DNA of 59,710 bases from a virus (lineage: Duplodnaviria; Caudoviricetes), in IMG/VR virus record IMGVR_UViG_3300022917_000001, positions 1-59,710 of that record; one strand, 5' to 3'. Below the pieces are notes generated by a model, which was not told the origin of the DNA, did no database searches, and was given only the letters and a program-made list of their open reading frames with translations. Below are positions 16,776 to 26,271 of the stretch, in pieces. Position 1 is the stretch's first letter, and each line of letters begins with the position of its first letter. Both the position numbers and the translations under genes were made by a program.

Positions 16776-17542
16776 TGGGCACCGCCGGGCTGCTTGACCT
16801 CGGGCCACAGGCCCGCGGTGTCGTCCACGACCTCGGCGTCGAGCGCGTCGCCGTGCTCGGCGGCCAGCGCCGCGACCTGCTGCCGCATCTCCTCGTCGTC
16901 CACTTCAGCCACAGCCGGGGCGGAAGGGGTGGGCTGGTCGGTGCGCTCGGCGGCGACCTGCGCCAGCGACGGCCGGGGCGCCGGTTCCGACGCGTGCACC
17001 TCGTACTCGTCGGAGAACCCCATCGCGACCTCGGAGCACGCCCGGCGGCAGCACGTCGACGCCGCCCGCGCGTACAACATCGCCTTCGGGTTCTTCGTGT
17101 AGTTGCTGTTCGACAGCAACCCGGCGATCTTCGCGTCCTCGAGGGTGTACGTGACGATGTGCGGTTCCGGGTCGTCGTGGCGGGTGACCTGCACCGTGCA
17201 GGACGTCGGCGTCTCCTCGACCACGCGGACCTTGTGGCCGGCCTTGCGGGTGAGCGCGACCCACAGGTTCGCGCGCAGCGACGGGCGGCCCTTCATCACG
17301 TCGATGCTCTGGATGGCCTGCATCGGGGCGAGCCCCAGCTCCTGCCCGTACAGCAGGATCACGAGGACGTCGGACGCCTTGCCCTTCAGGTCCTGCGGGA
17401 TGAGGTTCGACGCGGCGAGGTTCTGCGACAGCCGGTATGCGGTGTCGAGGTCGGTTTGGCGGCCCTCGAGGCCGACAGGCAGCTTGCGCTCGGGGCGCGG
17501 CTGCACGGTGGCGACCTCGGCGTTGGGGGTGGCGGCAGTCAT
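16772..17542 (-). CDS. recT: RecT/Red-beta-like ssDNA annealing protein
   Basis: YGQELGLAPMQAIQSIDVMKGRP, PKAMLYARA; next to exonuclease. Confidence 0.85.
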   Translation of the reverse strand: MTAATPNAEVATVQPRPERKLPVGLEGRQTDLDTAYRLSQNLAASNLIPQDLKGKASDVLVILLYGQELGLAPMQAIQSIDVMKGRPSLRANLWVALTRKAGHKVRVVEETPTSCTVQVTRHDDPEPHIVTYTLEDAKIAGLLSNSNYTKNPKAMLYARAASTCCRRACSEVAMGFSDEYEVHASEPAPRPSLAQVAAERTDQPTPSAPAVAEVDDEEMRQQVAALAAEHGDALDAEVVDDTAGLWPEVKQPGGAQ

Positions 17543-17636
17543 GCTTCGGCTCCAGGTGAGTCGGTGGCTTCAGTGCGGATCAAGAACAGGCATCGCGTTC
17601 ACCCACAGGGCAACGCAAGGAAAAGGAGACGTGCGT

Positions 17637-17918
17637 TCAGCGCGTGGAAGGGTCCAGCTCGACACGGACCTGACGGCGCGACCTCGGGTCGTGCTTGGTG
17701 TGCGCGTCGTCGACGACCGCGGGCGCGCAGGCGCGGCAGCACTCACGCATCGGGAACTCGATCGTGTCTGGCTTGGCGTCCCAGGTGACACGGGCGACCG
17801 TCACCCGGCCGTGCAGGCTGCACACCTCGCACGGGTTTCGGTCGACCGGTGCTTCGGTGACGGAGGCCGACCAGGTGAGCGCGAGGAACGCGAGACTGGT
17901 CGACATCGCGGTGGTCAT
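17637..17918 (-). CDS. Zn-binding hypothetical protein
   Basis: CEVC, CCRAC. Confidence 0.6.
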   Translation of the reverse strand: MTTAMSTSLAFLALTWSASVTEAPVDRNPCEVCSLHGRVTVARVTWDAKPDTIEFPMRECCRACAPAVVDDAHTKHDPRSRRQVRVELDPSTR

Positions 17919-18190
17919 GCCGACTCGCGGTGGCCGTCGTTGCCGGCGAGGTAGTCCCGGATCGCTCCGCCAGAGATGAGCTTCAGCCGCTGGCCTCGGG
18001 CCCGGAGCTCGCCTTTGCGGATAAGGGTGTGGACCCTGTCCATGGCGTTCTTGCGAGCGGTGCCGGTGGTGCGAGCGTTCATGAATCCGAGCCAGATGGC
18101 GGTTTCGGCGACAGTGAACGCGACCTTGCAGGGGACGACCGAGTCCGGGTCGGGGATCTGGTCCTCGGCGCGGGGCAACCGGGCGTTCAT
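17915..18190 (-). CDS. xis: Excisionase-like HTH protein
   Basis: FTVAETAIWLG..VHTLIRKGELRA..ISGGAIRDYL; follows cro. Confidence 0.7.
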   Translation of the reverse strand: MNARLPRAEDQIPDPDSVVPCKVAFTVAETAIWLGFMNARTTGTARKNAMDRVHTLIRKGELRARGQRLKLISGGAIRDYLAGNDGHRESA

Positions 18191-18507
18191 GCCGCAGCCG
18201 CAGCGGTGACTTGGGCCCGGAGCGCGTTGAGGGCCGCGCCGAGTTCGGCGTGGTGGGCGGCGAGGATTTCGAGGGTGAGGCTCGCGTTGTCCTCAGCGGT
18301 GCCGGTGTCGACCAAGTCGGCGGGCGTGCAGCCGAGGGCGTTGGCGAGCGCGTAGATGACGGGCTTGGACGGGTTGGTCTTGACGCCGCGTTCGAGGAGA
18401 CCGAGGTACGTGACTCCGTAGCCGGTGCGGGCGGCGATGTCTGCGCGGGTGAGGCCTGCTGCTTGCCGCTTGCGGTACAGGCTGCGCCAGGGAGTGGGCT
18501 CGTTCAT
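18187..18507 (-). CDS. Cro-like XRE HTH regulator (leaderless)
   Basis: RQAAGLTRADIAARTGYGVTYLGLLERG..PS..LANALG; ATG 7 nt after -10. Confidence 0.9.
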   Translation of the reverse strand: MNEPTPWRSLYRKRQAAGLTRADIAARTGYGVTYLGLLERGVKTNPSKPVIYALANALGCTPADLVDTGTAEDNASLTLEILAAHHAELGAALNALRAQVTAAAAA

Positions 18508-18556
18508 GGTTGTCACTGTACTGGCACCACTTGTCACTGGCAATGATTCAGTGACA
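18507..18556 (-). promoter_or_regulatory. Lytic promoter/operator of the immunity switch
   Basis: TTGCCA-N17-TACAGT with three TGTCACTG boxes. Confidence 0.8.
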
Positions 18557-18618
18557 GATTCCGTGGTTGCAACAATCAGTCGCTGGCATGTAACGCTCCG
18601 ATGCGGGACCATGCGTCC

Positions 18619-19164
18619 ATGACCGACAGGGAGCGCGACCCTGCCGACTCTGGCGACTGGCCCCTGGGCAAGCTGTTCAGACAGGCGATGCAGGGGCGAA
18701 GCGTGAACGCGATTGCCACACTTTCCGCGACCCTGGGTCCGGACTACAAGTTCTCGCGGAACACGCTGCAGCACTACCTCGACGGCCGTCGCACTGACGA
18801 GCAGGGCGCGCTGGCGGTGACGGCCGACACCGTCCGTCGGATCGCCGCGGTCCTCGACGTCGATCCCCGCGAAGCGCTTCACGCCGCAGGGCTACACATC
18901 GAAGCGGAGCGCCAGCCCCCGCGGGGGAAGCCGGACGCCCCGCTCGACAGCGCGAAGGAACTCGCGGAGAAGGTCGTGCTGCTGGATCTCGACGACCGTG
19001 TGGCGGTTCAGCGGATCATCGACTCGCTTGCCGCGAAGGCGGCGGATCCTCGACCGGAGAAGCAGGTCCGGATCGCGTCGGTGTCAGGCGGGGAGGCCTG
19101 GGTAGGACACCGATCATCCGAGGGGAGCGGCTCACGTGCCCCGGCCGAGGAAGCGCGCGGCTAG
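18619..19164 (+). CDS. Immunity repressor (XRE-like)
   Basis: Divergent from cro; SRNTLQHYLDG..TVRRIAAVLDVDPREALHAAG. Confidence 0.75.
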   Translation: MTDRERDPADSGDWPLGKLFRQAMQGRSVNAIATLSATLGPDYKFSRNTLQHYLDGRRTDEQGALAVTADTVRRIAAVLDVDPREALHAAGLHIEAERQPPRGKPDAPLDSAKELAEKVVLLDLDDRVAVQRIIDSLAAKAADPRPEKQVRIASVSGGEAWVGHRSSEGSGSRAPAEEARG

Positions 19165-19466
19165 CGACCTTGGCGCTGCACGAACTGTCGACCGGAGTTG
19201 GCGTCGGACGTCGGATGCTGCTCGACACGGAGGTCCTCGGCGACATGCTGAACCAAGGACTCGATGATGCCGGGGTGTGTGCGGACGTCGGTGATGCGGA
19301 CGCGCCGGTAGCTCGGCGGCCGGTCGTCCTCGTAGTAGCGGACGACCTCGGCAAGGGTGACGACGTGGCTGACGCTCTCTCCGGGAGCGAGTTCGTGGCG
19401 GGTCAGGTATCTGGCGGTGGCGTCTTCGATGTCCTGTGCGGTCGGTTCGGCGTTCGGGTCGTACAC
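19161..19466 (-). CDS. Hypothetical protein (101 aa)
   Basis: GGGAGG RBS. Confidence 0.6.
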   Translation of the reverse strand: MYDPNAEPTAQDIEDATARYLTRHELAPGESVSHVVTLAEVVRYYEDDRPPSYRRVRITDVRTHPGIIESLVQHVAEDLRVEQHPTSDANSGRQFVQRQGR

Positions 19467-19784
19467 GGCGGATCAGCCTCCCCAGGCTCTGGTCAGAAGA
19501 TCCCACCCAATCAGACGAGCGCACACCTGTCGTGGAATCGGCGCGCGACTCGGCGATTACGCCCATATGAACTAGTCCGGATTCGGTGGTGCAGCGGAAT
19601 GCGCACGCTTGGTCGTCCATCTGGGCTTGCGGAACCACCGTAACGGATAGCCGAGGAACTCGTTTGGTTTGAAAGGCTTAGGAGTGGGTACAGCCGGTCG
19701 GGTGTCGCTCCGTGGCCGACCGTGACCCTGTGTTACTTGATCGTGAGACTACCTCGGTGGCCGTGAGATCGGGGTTCGGTCGCC

Positions 19785-20015
19785 GTTTACCCGCCGGGTT
19801 TACGGCCGGCGAAGCCGATTTTGCGCTGGCCTACGCGGGATCTCGGTGGTTCTGACGTGGCCGAACGCCGACTAGGCCCGCGTAGGCCAGCAAGTTCTGC
19901 ATATTTCACCGGAACGTGGTAGCTGCCGATCTTCAACGGTATAGACGCTGTTCAACGGCGTTGGACGGGCGACACTGTGCCGTTAGGATGGTGCGATCCG
20001 CCCTTTACTCGCCGG
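19785..20015. other. Candidate attP and int promoter region
   Basis: TTTAC(N)NGCCGG repeats, 15-bp inverted repeat, TTCAACGG x2, TTGGAC-N17-TAGGAT. Confidence 0.45.
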
Positions 20016-20032
20016 AAACGATCCGAGGCCCC

Positions 20033-21280
20033 ATGCCACGCCCAGCGCTCGACATCGGCACCTACGGCAAGATCCGCACCACCCGCAAGTCTGAGCCCGA
20101 CGAGAAGCCCGAACGCTGGGTCGCCGTTGCCTCCTACCGCGACACCGACGGCATCACCCGCCGCGTCGAACGACAGGGCAGCAGTGCGGGCCGCGCCGAG
20201 CGCGCACTCAAGGACGAGTTCAAAAAGCGCGCCGCCGCCGCCACCGTCGTCGACCGCACCACCCGGTTCGCTGCCCTCGCCGAGGACTACCTCGGGTGGG
20301 TCCGGGCCAACCGGGCCGGAACCACCGCACAGGCCTACGAGTGGATGATGCACAAGACCGTGCTCCCCGCGATCGGCCAACTCAAACTCCACGAGGTCAC
20401 CGTCGTCCGGCTCGAGCGGTTTCTCTCCGATTTCCAGAAGGCCGGCGCATCCGCGGGCACCCGACGTGTGGCGCGCAAAGTCATCAGCGGCGTCCTGCAA
20501 CTGGCCGTGTCCTACGGTGCGATCGACCACAACCCGGTCAGGTCGCTGCGGCAGATCGAGGGGAAGCCCGTGCGGCCCACCCATGCGCTCTCGCCCCAGG
20601 ACCTCGTGGCGTTCCTGTCGGCGGTCGACGCCGACGAAGAGGCCCGCAGGTGGGACCTCCCCGACCTGATGTGGTTCCTCTTCGGCACCGGCGTCCGACT
20701 TGGCGAGGCGTTCGCGATCCGGTGGCGCGAGGTCAACCTCACCGACGAGCCCGTCTACCTCGACGGCGACGTGATCCCGCCGAGGTCGGTGTGGATCAGC
20801 GGGAACATCGCCCACGTCAAAGGCGTCGGCCGGGTCCGGCACCCCGGTAAGACAGCGGCCGCGAACCGCAAGATCGAGCTGGCGCCGTTCCTGGTCACGA
20901 TGCTCGCGGCTCGACGAGCAGAGGTCGCCGAACTGGGCGACAGCAGACCGGTGTTCCCGAACCAAGCGGGAAAGTGGCACGACCAGTCGACCGTGCAGGC
21001 CAGGATCCGGGCGCGACGTGCGGAACTCGGGTTCCCGGCGTTCACATCTCACGTCGGCCGCAAGACCGCGATCACACTGCTTGACGAGGCCGGGCTGACC
21101 GCCCGGCAGATCGCCGACCTCGTCGGGCACCGGAAGGTGTCGACAACGCAGGACGTGTACATGGGCCGCGGGCGACCGAGCCCGGACGCTGCCCGCGCGC
21201 TGCAGGCCGCTCTGAAGAAGGAGCCGGTCGAGGCGGCGCCCGAGGTCGTCGACGGCGAGCTCGACGAGGAAGCCAGCTAG
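20033..21280 (+). CDS. int: Tyrosine integrase
   Basis: TGVRLGEA, K, SHVGRKT, LVGH, QDVY catalytic residues. Confidence 0.95.
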   Translation: MPRPALDIGTYGKIRTTRKSEPDEKPERWVAVASYRDTDGITRRVERQGSSAGRAERALKDEFKKRAAAATVVDRTTRFAALAEDYLGWVRANRAGTTAQAYEWMMHKTVLPAIGQLKLHEVTVVRLERFLSDFQKAGASAGTRRVARKVISGVLQLAVSYGAIDHNPVRSLRQIEGKPVRPTHALSPQDLVAFLSAVDADEEARRWDLPDLMWFLFGTGVRLGEAFAIRWREVNLTDEPVYLDGDVIPPRSVWISGNIAHVKGVGRVRHPGKTAAANRKIELAPFLVTMLAARRAEVAELGDSRPVFPNQAGKWHDQSTVQARIRARRAELGFPAFTSHVGRKTAITLLDEAGLTARQIADLVGHRKVSTTQDVYMGRGRPSPDAARALQAALKKEPVEAAPEVVDGELDEEAS

Positions 21281-21350
21281 GACGCGGCGCGGGGGTGGCC
21301 CGGCGAACACGCGAACGCCACCACCCCCGCGCCCACGATTCTGCCAGAGC

Positions 21351-21392
21351 AGCAGAAGGCCCCCGCAGCCAACGCCGCGGGGGCCTTCTGCT
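21351..21392. terminator. Bidirectional hairpin terminator
   Basis: 16-bp stem agcagaaggcccccgc/gcgggggccttctgct. Confidence 0.8.
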
Positions 21393-21400
21393 TGCTCGGC

Positions 21401-21586
21401 TCAGCCGAGCTGGTCGGTCTTCACCGCGTCCAGGAACCGGGTCGTCGCGCCGACCGGGAACCGCAATCGCGGGCCATCAGGGTTCTTCGAGTCCCGTACC
21501 CACCAGCCCGAGGGCTGGCACGCTACGGCGACGCAGCTACCCCCCTGGGCCTGCGAGTACGAGGCCGTTCTCCACACGAGCTCCAC
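21401..21586 (-). CDS. DUF397 protein
   Basis: WRTASYS..GSCVAVA..VRDSKNPDGPRL. Confidence 0.93.
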   Translation of the reverse strand: MELVWRTASYSQAQGGSCVAVACQPSGWWVRDSKNPDGPRLRFPVGATTRFLDAVKTDQLG

Positions 21587-21610
21587 GCTTGCACACCTCT
21601 CTACGCGTCC

Positions 21611-22477
21611 TCACGCATTGCCTGCCAGCGTAGAGATGTACGCAACGGATTGCTCAGGTGACCACGACATGCTGGTCAGACGCTCGAAGATGTCCAGGTA
21701 GTGGTGCAACTCGCCCTTGCGAGTGAGCTCGCGCCCCGTGCGATCGTTCTCCAAGTACACGGCATCCAGGCCCACGTGATCTGCCACCGTGATCGCGGTG
21801 AAGGGGACACCCATCGCCGGGTGCGGTCCGGCGCTGAATGGCAAGACGCGGATGTCGATCTCGGGCCTGGCCGCAGCCGCAAGCAGGGCCTCCAGCTGCT
21901 CGCGCCACACCGCGCTGCTGCCGACAGGGCGCAGCAAGACGGCCTCGTTGAGCACGAACCGGACACGCGGCATGCCGCCATCGGCCAGATGCTCCTGCCT
22001 GGCCAAACGGAAGTTGATCAGGCGGACGGTTTCCTCTTCCACCGGGTCAGGGATGGCAGCGGCGCGGAACGCCCGCAGATACCCAGGGGTCTGGAGCAAA
22101 CCGTGGATCAACTCGACCTCGAAGATGCGGATCTCGGAGCCGATGGCTTCACGGGCCAGCATCTCTCGGAACCACGGCTCGGCTCCGGCTTTGTACTTGG
22201 CCCACCACGTCGGCGCTGAGGCGCGTTCCGCGAGATCGACCAGCTCGTCGCGGATTTCGGGCACGCCGTAGAGGTCCGCCCACTTCCGCACGAAGGAGGT
22301 CTTCGCGCTCTGCTTGCCGTTCTCGATCCGTGACAGCGTCGATGTCGAGGTGCGGACGTGCTGGGCTGCGGACTTCATGTCGATGCCCGCGTGGTTGCGA
22401 AGCTTTTGCAGTCTCCCGCCGAGGTGAACGCGAAGGATCAGCTGGTCATCGTCGCTGCGCGCCTCAGTCCTGGTCAT
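21611..22477 (-). CDS. XRE HTH + DUF5753 regulator (Scr1/WhiJ-like)
   Basis: LGGRLQKLR..STLSRIENG, IHGLLQTPGY, RLARQ, LNEAVL, YLEN. Confidence 0.93.
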   Translation of the reverse strand: MTRTEARSDDDQLILRVHLGGRLQKLRNHAGIDMKSAAQHVRTSTSTLSRIENGKQSAKTSFVRKWADLYGVPEIRDELVDLAERASAPTWWAKYKAGAEPWFREMLAREAIGSEIRIFEVELIHGLLQTPGYLRAFRAAAIPDPVEEETVRLINFRLARQEHLADGGMPRVRFVLNEAVLLRPVGSSAVWREQLEALLAAAARPEIDIRVLPFSAGPHPAMGVPFTAITVADHVGLDAVYLENDRTGRELTRKGELHHYLDIFERLTSMSWSPEQSVAYISTLAGNA

Positions 22478-22528
22478 GGTGCCCAGTCTGCCAACTCGAT
22501 CAAGTGATGTCTCCGCGAGTCACCCATC

Positions 22529-22561
22529 AGATGCAATGCACGGATGCAATGCATCTACTAT
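22529..22561. promoter_or_regulatory. Operator-like repeat and -10 box in divergent region
   Basis: GATGCAATGCA x2 within AGATGCA...TGCATCT, then TACTAT. Confidence 0.55.
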
Positions 22562-22742
22562 GGTCGGTGCCTGCGGGTCTCGCGCCCCGCAGCCCCACCC
22601 CAGGTCTCGCGTCCTCACGCACCTGGGGTGGGGTCACTGAAGCCGCTGCCGCACCTGCCCCCCGACTCGGGTGCGGTAGCTCGCGCGGCTGGCCTCCACT
22701 CCCCTCCGGAGGTCGGCCGCGCACCCACCGCAAGGAGCTGTC

Positions 22743-22958
22743 ATGAGCGGATTAGTTCTCCCGCCGAGCGCGGTTCTCCGGCACGTCGACGCCGTCGAGA
22801 AAATCCTCCAGCAGGACAAGTCCGTCGAGGAACGCACCGACGAGGCCGACCGCTACATGACCCGAGTGCTCGAGGAGTCGGGGCAGCGTGTCTACGAAGC
22901 GGTGCTGGCCACGGTCGCCGCGGCGAAGGACATCCCGCCGAAGGACATGCCGCGCTGA
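22743..22958 (+). CDS. Hypothetical protein (71 aa)
   Basis: AAGGAG RBS. Confidence 0.7.
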   Translation: MSGLVLPPSAVLRHVDAVEKILQQDKSVEERTDEADRYMTRVLEESGQRVYEAVLATVAAAKDIPPKDMPR

Positions 22959-23015
22959 TCCCCTGATCGGGCGACCGGCCGTAACCCTGGGGGTGCCGCG
23001 GCCGACATGCACGTC

Positions 23016-23537
23016 ATGCGCATCCCTCTGCTCCTCGCCGCGGCCGCGGTCCTGTTAGCCGCGTGCGGCACCAGCACCCCAGCGTCGTCCGGCCCTACGA
23101 CTACCGCCGTGACCCCGCCGCCCGCCACCAGCCCCGCACCGTCCTCACCAGCTGGGACGGGTGTCCTCACGTGGGGCGGTGACGGCTCCAGCTCCGGCGT
23201 GTACATCAAGGTCGGCCAGCCGGTCACGATCAGCGAGCCCGTGACCGGCTCGGACGGGAAGCCGGATCCGGCGTTGCGGTTCGTGGAGGCCCCAGTGACT
23301 GCGGGCAACAAGACGCAGGACAAGGCGCGGTTGTCGTTCTCGGGTCGGGTCGGGTCGAAGGAGGCTCCGTGGACGGCGAACGACAGCGTGCCGGAGGCGC
23401 TGCCCGGTGAAACCGCTGAGCTGACGGCCCGGTTCAAGGTGCCGGTGGACGCGAAAGAGCTGATCGTGGAGGTGTACGCGAACGTCGGCGGCGCGGTGAC
23501 GTCGAACCGGTTGAACTTCAAGGGCCCGATCAGCTGA
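23016..23537 (+). CDS. Lipoprotein
   Basis: Signal peptide, LAAC lipobox, Ser/Thr/Pro linker, beta-rich domain. Confidence 0.88.
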   Translation: MRIPLLLAAAAVLLAACGTSTPASSGPTTTAVTPPPATSPAPSSPAGTGVLTWGGDGSSSGVYIKVGQPVTISEPVTGSDGKPDPALRFVEAPVTAGNKTQDKARLSFSGRVGSKEAPWTANDSVPEALPGETAELTARFKVPVDAKELIVEVYANVGGAVTSNRLNFKGPIS

Positions 23538-23552
23538 TTTCGGGGACGACGA

Positions 23553-23593
23553 AACGCCCCCAGCCCGCCGGATGACCGGGGGCTGGGGGCGTT
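23553..23593. terminator. Terminator between lipoprotein and lysis operon
   Basis: aacgcccccagccc/gggctgggggcgtt. Confidence 0.75.
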
Positions 23594-23659
23594 GTCGTGC
23601 TCGGCTGTCGGGGGTGCCGAGCCAGCCCGCCTGCGGGGAGGCTGCGGGCCGTCGAAGGG

Positions 23660-23992
23660 TCAGGCAGCGAGCGCGAACTGGGTCTTGTTCGGCACCACGT
23701 ACACCCCGGCCGAGGTGAGCACCGCGATGACGATGGTCCAGATCTCCTGCTGGGACACCCCGCCCACCATCGCGATCTCCAGGACGCCAGCCCCGACGAC
23801 GAGGGCACTGACCCAGGTCTTCGCCGCGACCAGCTTCGGGGTGTTCGGAACGAGCCACGTGGCGACGGCGGCGAGAACCATGCCGAGGGTCATGACGTAG
23901 TCCTGGGCGGACATGCCGCCATCGGTGAGGGCTCCTTGGACGGCGACCGCGACGGTGCCGAGGATGGCCCACAAGAGCTTGTTGATGGTCAT
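23660..23992 (-). CDS. Holin-like membrane protein (4 TM, internal duplication)
   Basis: Follows endolysin; repeated (W/Y)xVPN motif. Confidence 0.8.
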   Translation of the reverse strand: MTINKLLWAILGTVAVAVQGALTDGGMSAQDYVMTLGMVLAAVATWLVPNTPKLVAAKTWVSALVVGAGVLEIAMVGGVSQQEIWTIVIAVLTSAGVYVVPNKTQFALAA

Positions 23993-24028
23993 GGGTGGTC
24001 TCCTTGCGGTGGGGTGGGGGTCGAGCGT

Positions 24029-25051
24029 TCAGCCCGCCTCGTGGGGGTCGGGGACGACGGCGTCACGGAGCGACACTGGCTGGCCCTTGCGGACGAAGTC
24101 GGAGAACAGGCCGCTGGTGCGCATGACGCGCTCGACCTGGTCGTCGGTCGCGCCACCGTTCAGCTCGAGGTTCGTGATGGCCTCGATGACGCGGTTCACG
24201 TCGGCCTTCAGGTCGTCGTGGCAGGCCTGGGTCGTGTCGATCCCGCGCTCCACGATGTCGTGCACGGTCTCCGGCTTGCCCGGCCCGCCGCCCACGACGA
24301 GGCTCTTGTCCGACACCTGGAGGATCTCCAGGATCCGGTCGACGCTGGACCGCAGCGCGTCGAAATCTTCCTGCGAAACAGCCATGTCGCCGTCCTCCTC
24401 GTTGAGCAGGTCCGCGACGACGCGGCCCCGCAGTGTCACGTTTTTGTCCACCCGAGCAGAGATGCCGGGCACGATGCCGTCGCTGGTGTGCTGGTGCAGC
24501 ACGTCGTTCGGGTTCGACCAGCCCTGAAGGTTGCCGGGGTCGCCGTTGTAGACCGCCACCCAGTTGAGGAACTCGAACCCGGCGACATCCCAGTCGGACG
24601 GCGCGAGCATCGAGCCCCACCACGACAACGACCCGTACACCAGCCCACGGGTAACCCCGTTGTTATCGCGCAGGAACTCGGCCCACCCACAGATGTGGTC
24701 AGTGAGCTGAGCACGGCTGGACCACACCAGACCGCCCTCGGCCCAGTTCTCGGCGTCGAACATCGGCGCGAGCGCCTCGGCGGCAAACAGGCCGAGAGGC
24801 TGCGCAGCCATGGCGAAGAACCTGGCCTGCGCTTCGGGAGCGACCCGGGGGTCTCCGAAGTGGTAGCCGCCGGGGATGACACCGGCGCGGCGGGCGCCCT
24901 GCACTTGGGCGGCGCACGCCGGGTTCAGGTAGTTCGCGGCCTGGGAAACCTTGACGCTCGCGCCGACTATCCCGTTCGCGTGCACCGCGTTCCAGTCGTT
25001 GACGGCGTTGAAGACGGAGACGTCAATCAGGTGCTCTACGACATCAGCCAC
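24029..25051 (-). CDS. GH25 muramidase endolysin
   Basis: IDVS, VKVSQ, GGYHF, FDAE, HQHTSDG..VDKN. Confidence 0.92.
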   Translation of the reverse strand: MADVVEHLIDVSVFNAVNDWNAVHANGIVGASVKVSQAANYLNPACAAQVQGARRAGVIPGGYHFGDPRVAPEAQARFFAMAAQPLGLFAAEALAPMFDAENWAEGGLVWSSRAQLTDHICGWAEFLRDNNGVTRGLVYGSLSWWGSMLAPSDWDVAGFEFLNWVAVYNGDPGNLQGWSNPNDVLHQHTSDGIVPGISARVDKNVTLRGRVVADLLNEEDGDMAVSQEDFDALRSSVDRILEILQVSDKSLVVGGGPGKPETVHDIVERGIDTTQACHDDLKADVNRVIEAITNLELNGGATDDQVERVMRTSGLFSDFVRKGQPVSLRDAVVPDPHEAG

Positions 25052-25078
25052 GTGGTCACCTCGCGGGTGGTAAGCCGC

Positions 25079-25591
25079 TCACTCGCTGCACACATCGCGC
25101 GGCGCCGGCGGGTACGGGTTCTCCTGCTGCTGCTTCTTCGCCTCGGCCCGCTTCGCGAGGTACTCCGACAGCGACTTCCGGAACTGCTCACGCGCTTCCG
25201 GAGAGGCCTCCGTGCTGGCCAGCTTTCCGACGTTGGTCATCAGGTCGTCCAACGCGTTCTGCGACGCCGCCGACGCCGCGCTCCGGGCATCGATGGCGTC
25301 GGCGAACCCGTTGCTGTACGCCCGCGTGCAGTCCGCGATCCGGCGCGTCGCCGAGTCCTGGTAGATGCCTTGCGCGGCTGTGCCCAGGCCGAGCACGACC
25401 ACCACGACCCCCATCACCGCCTGGTACGACGGTCGACGGCGAGGCTCTTTGCTCTGCACGGGTTCCCCTTCGGTGATCACGTCGGCGATGCGTTGGGTGT
25501 CCCTGGTCATCCGGCCTAGCAGGAACCCGACGACGAAGCAGCACCCGCCCAAGAGCACCGACCTGGCGACGTACTCGAGCGCGGGGCTCAC
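25079..25591 (-). CDS. Membrane protein of lysis cassette
   Basis: Two TM, C-terminal PYPPAPRDVC. Confidence 0.75.
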   Translation of the reverse strand: MSPALEYVARSVLLGGCCFVVGFLLGRMTRDTQRIADVITEGEPVQSKEPRRRPSYQAVMGVVVVVLGLGTAAQGIYQDSATRRIADCTRAYSNGFADAIDARSAASAASQNALDDLMTNVGKLASTEASPEAREQFRKSLSEYLAKRAEAKKQQQENPYPPAPRDVCSE

Positions 25592-25866
25592 TGGTCATCA
25601 CCTCGTGGTGGCGTCTCGGTGTCCTCGGCTTCGGGTTCTTCGGCGGCCGGGTCGTCGCCCGCGATCCGGCGGGCGATCGCGGCACGCGCCCGGCGGGTGA
25701 TACCGGCCTTCGGGGTGAGGCCGAACACGGCGCCGACGATGATCGCGAAGAGGGCGCTGACGGTGGCGTCGCCGCGCTCGGGGTAGATGAGGCCGACGAC
25801 GACGTTCGCGGCCCAGACGATCGTGACGAGGATGGTGATCGCGATCGCCAGCGGTCTTGAAAGCAC
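25588..25866 (-). CDS. Small membrane protein (2 TM)
   Basis: Hydrophobic helices, coupling. Confidence 0.7.
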   Translation of the reverse strand: MLSRPLAIAITILVTIVWAANVVVGLIYPERGDATVSALFAIIVGAVFGLTPKAGITRRARAAIARRIAGDDPAAEEPEAEDTETPPRGDDQ

Positions 25867-25944
25867 AGCAACCCCCAGCGGGCCGGTGGCAGGATGCCAA
25901 GTGGTGAAAGGCTTCTGCCTGCCCGATCAGGCGCTGCTTGGGTA

Positions 25945-26259
25945 CTAGGCGGCGGCTGGCGGTACCCCGGCGATCGAGTCCCACACCGAGTTCACGGTGA
26001 ACTGCAGGTCCCCGTCGATCGACGTCGCGGTGATGACCGGGTTCGTCGACACCATGATCGAGAACACGTGCGTGTACTTCTCCACGTCCGCGAACACGTT
26101 CAACGCCAGCCCGCGCCGCTGCTGCGACCGCTGCGGGTCCTGCGGGTCGATCGCCTCCGCCGCGACGTCCTTCGCCGCCGAGATCATCGCCGCCCGCACC
26201 CGCCGCTGAAACGACGGCAACTCCGCCAGTTCCGCGCTCGCTTCCAACGTGGCAGCCAT
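25945..26259 (-). CDS. Tail-associated hypothetical protein
   Basis: DGDLQFTVNSVWDSIAG; AGAGGA RBS. Confidence 0.75.
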   Translation of the reverse strand: MAATLEASAELAELPSFQRRVRAAMISAAKDVAAEAIDPQDPQRSQQRRGLALNVFADVEKYTHVFSIMVSTNPVITATSIDGDLQFTVNSVWDSIAGVPPAAA

Positions 26260-26271
26260 GCTGGTCCTCTC

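Noticed and set aside
21401-22477. XRE/DUF397 pair as a proven toxin-antitoxin system
   Set aside because: Predicted as TA in the past but characterised members act as regulators; the sequence cannot show toxicity.
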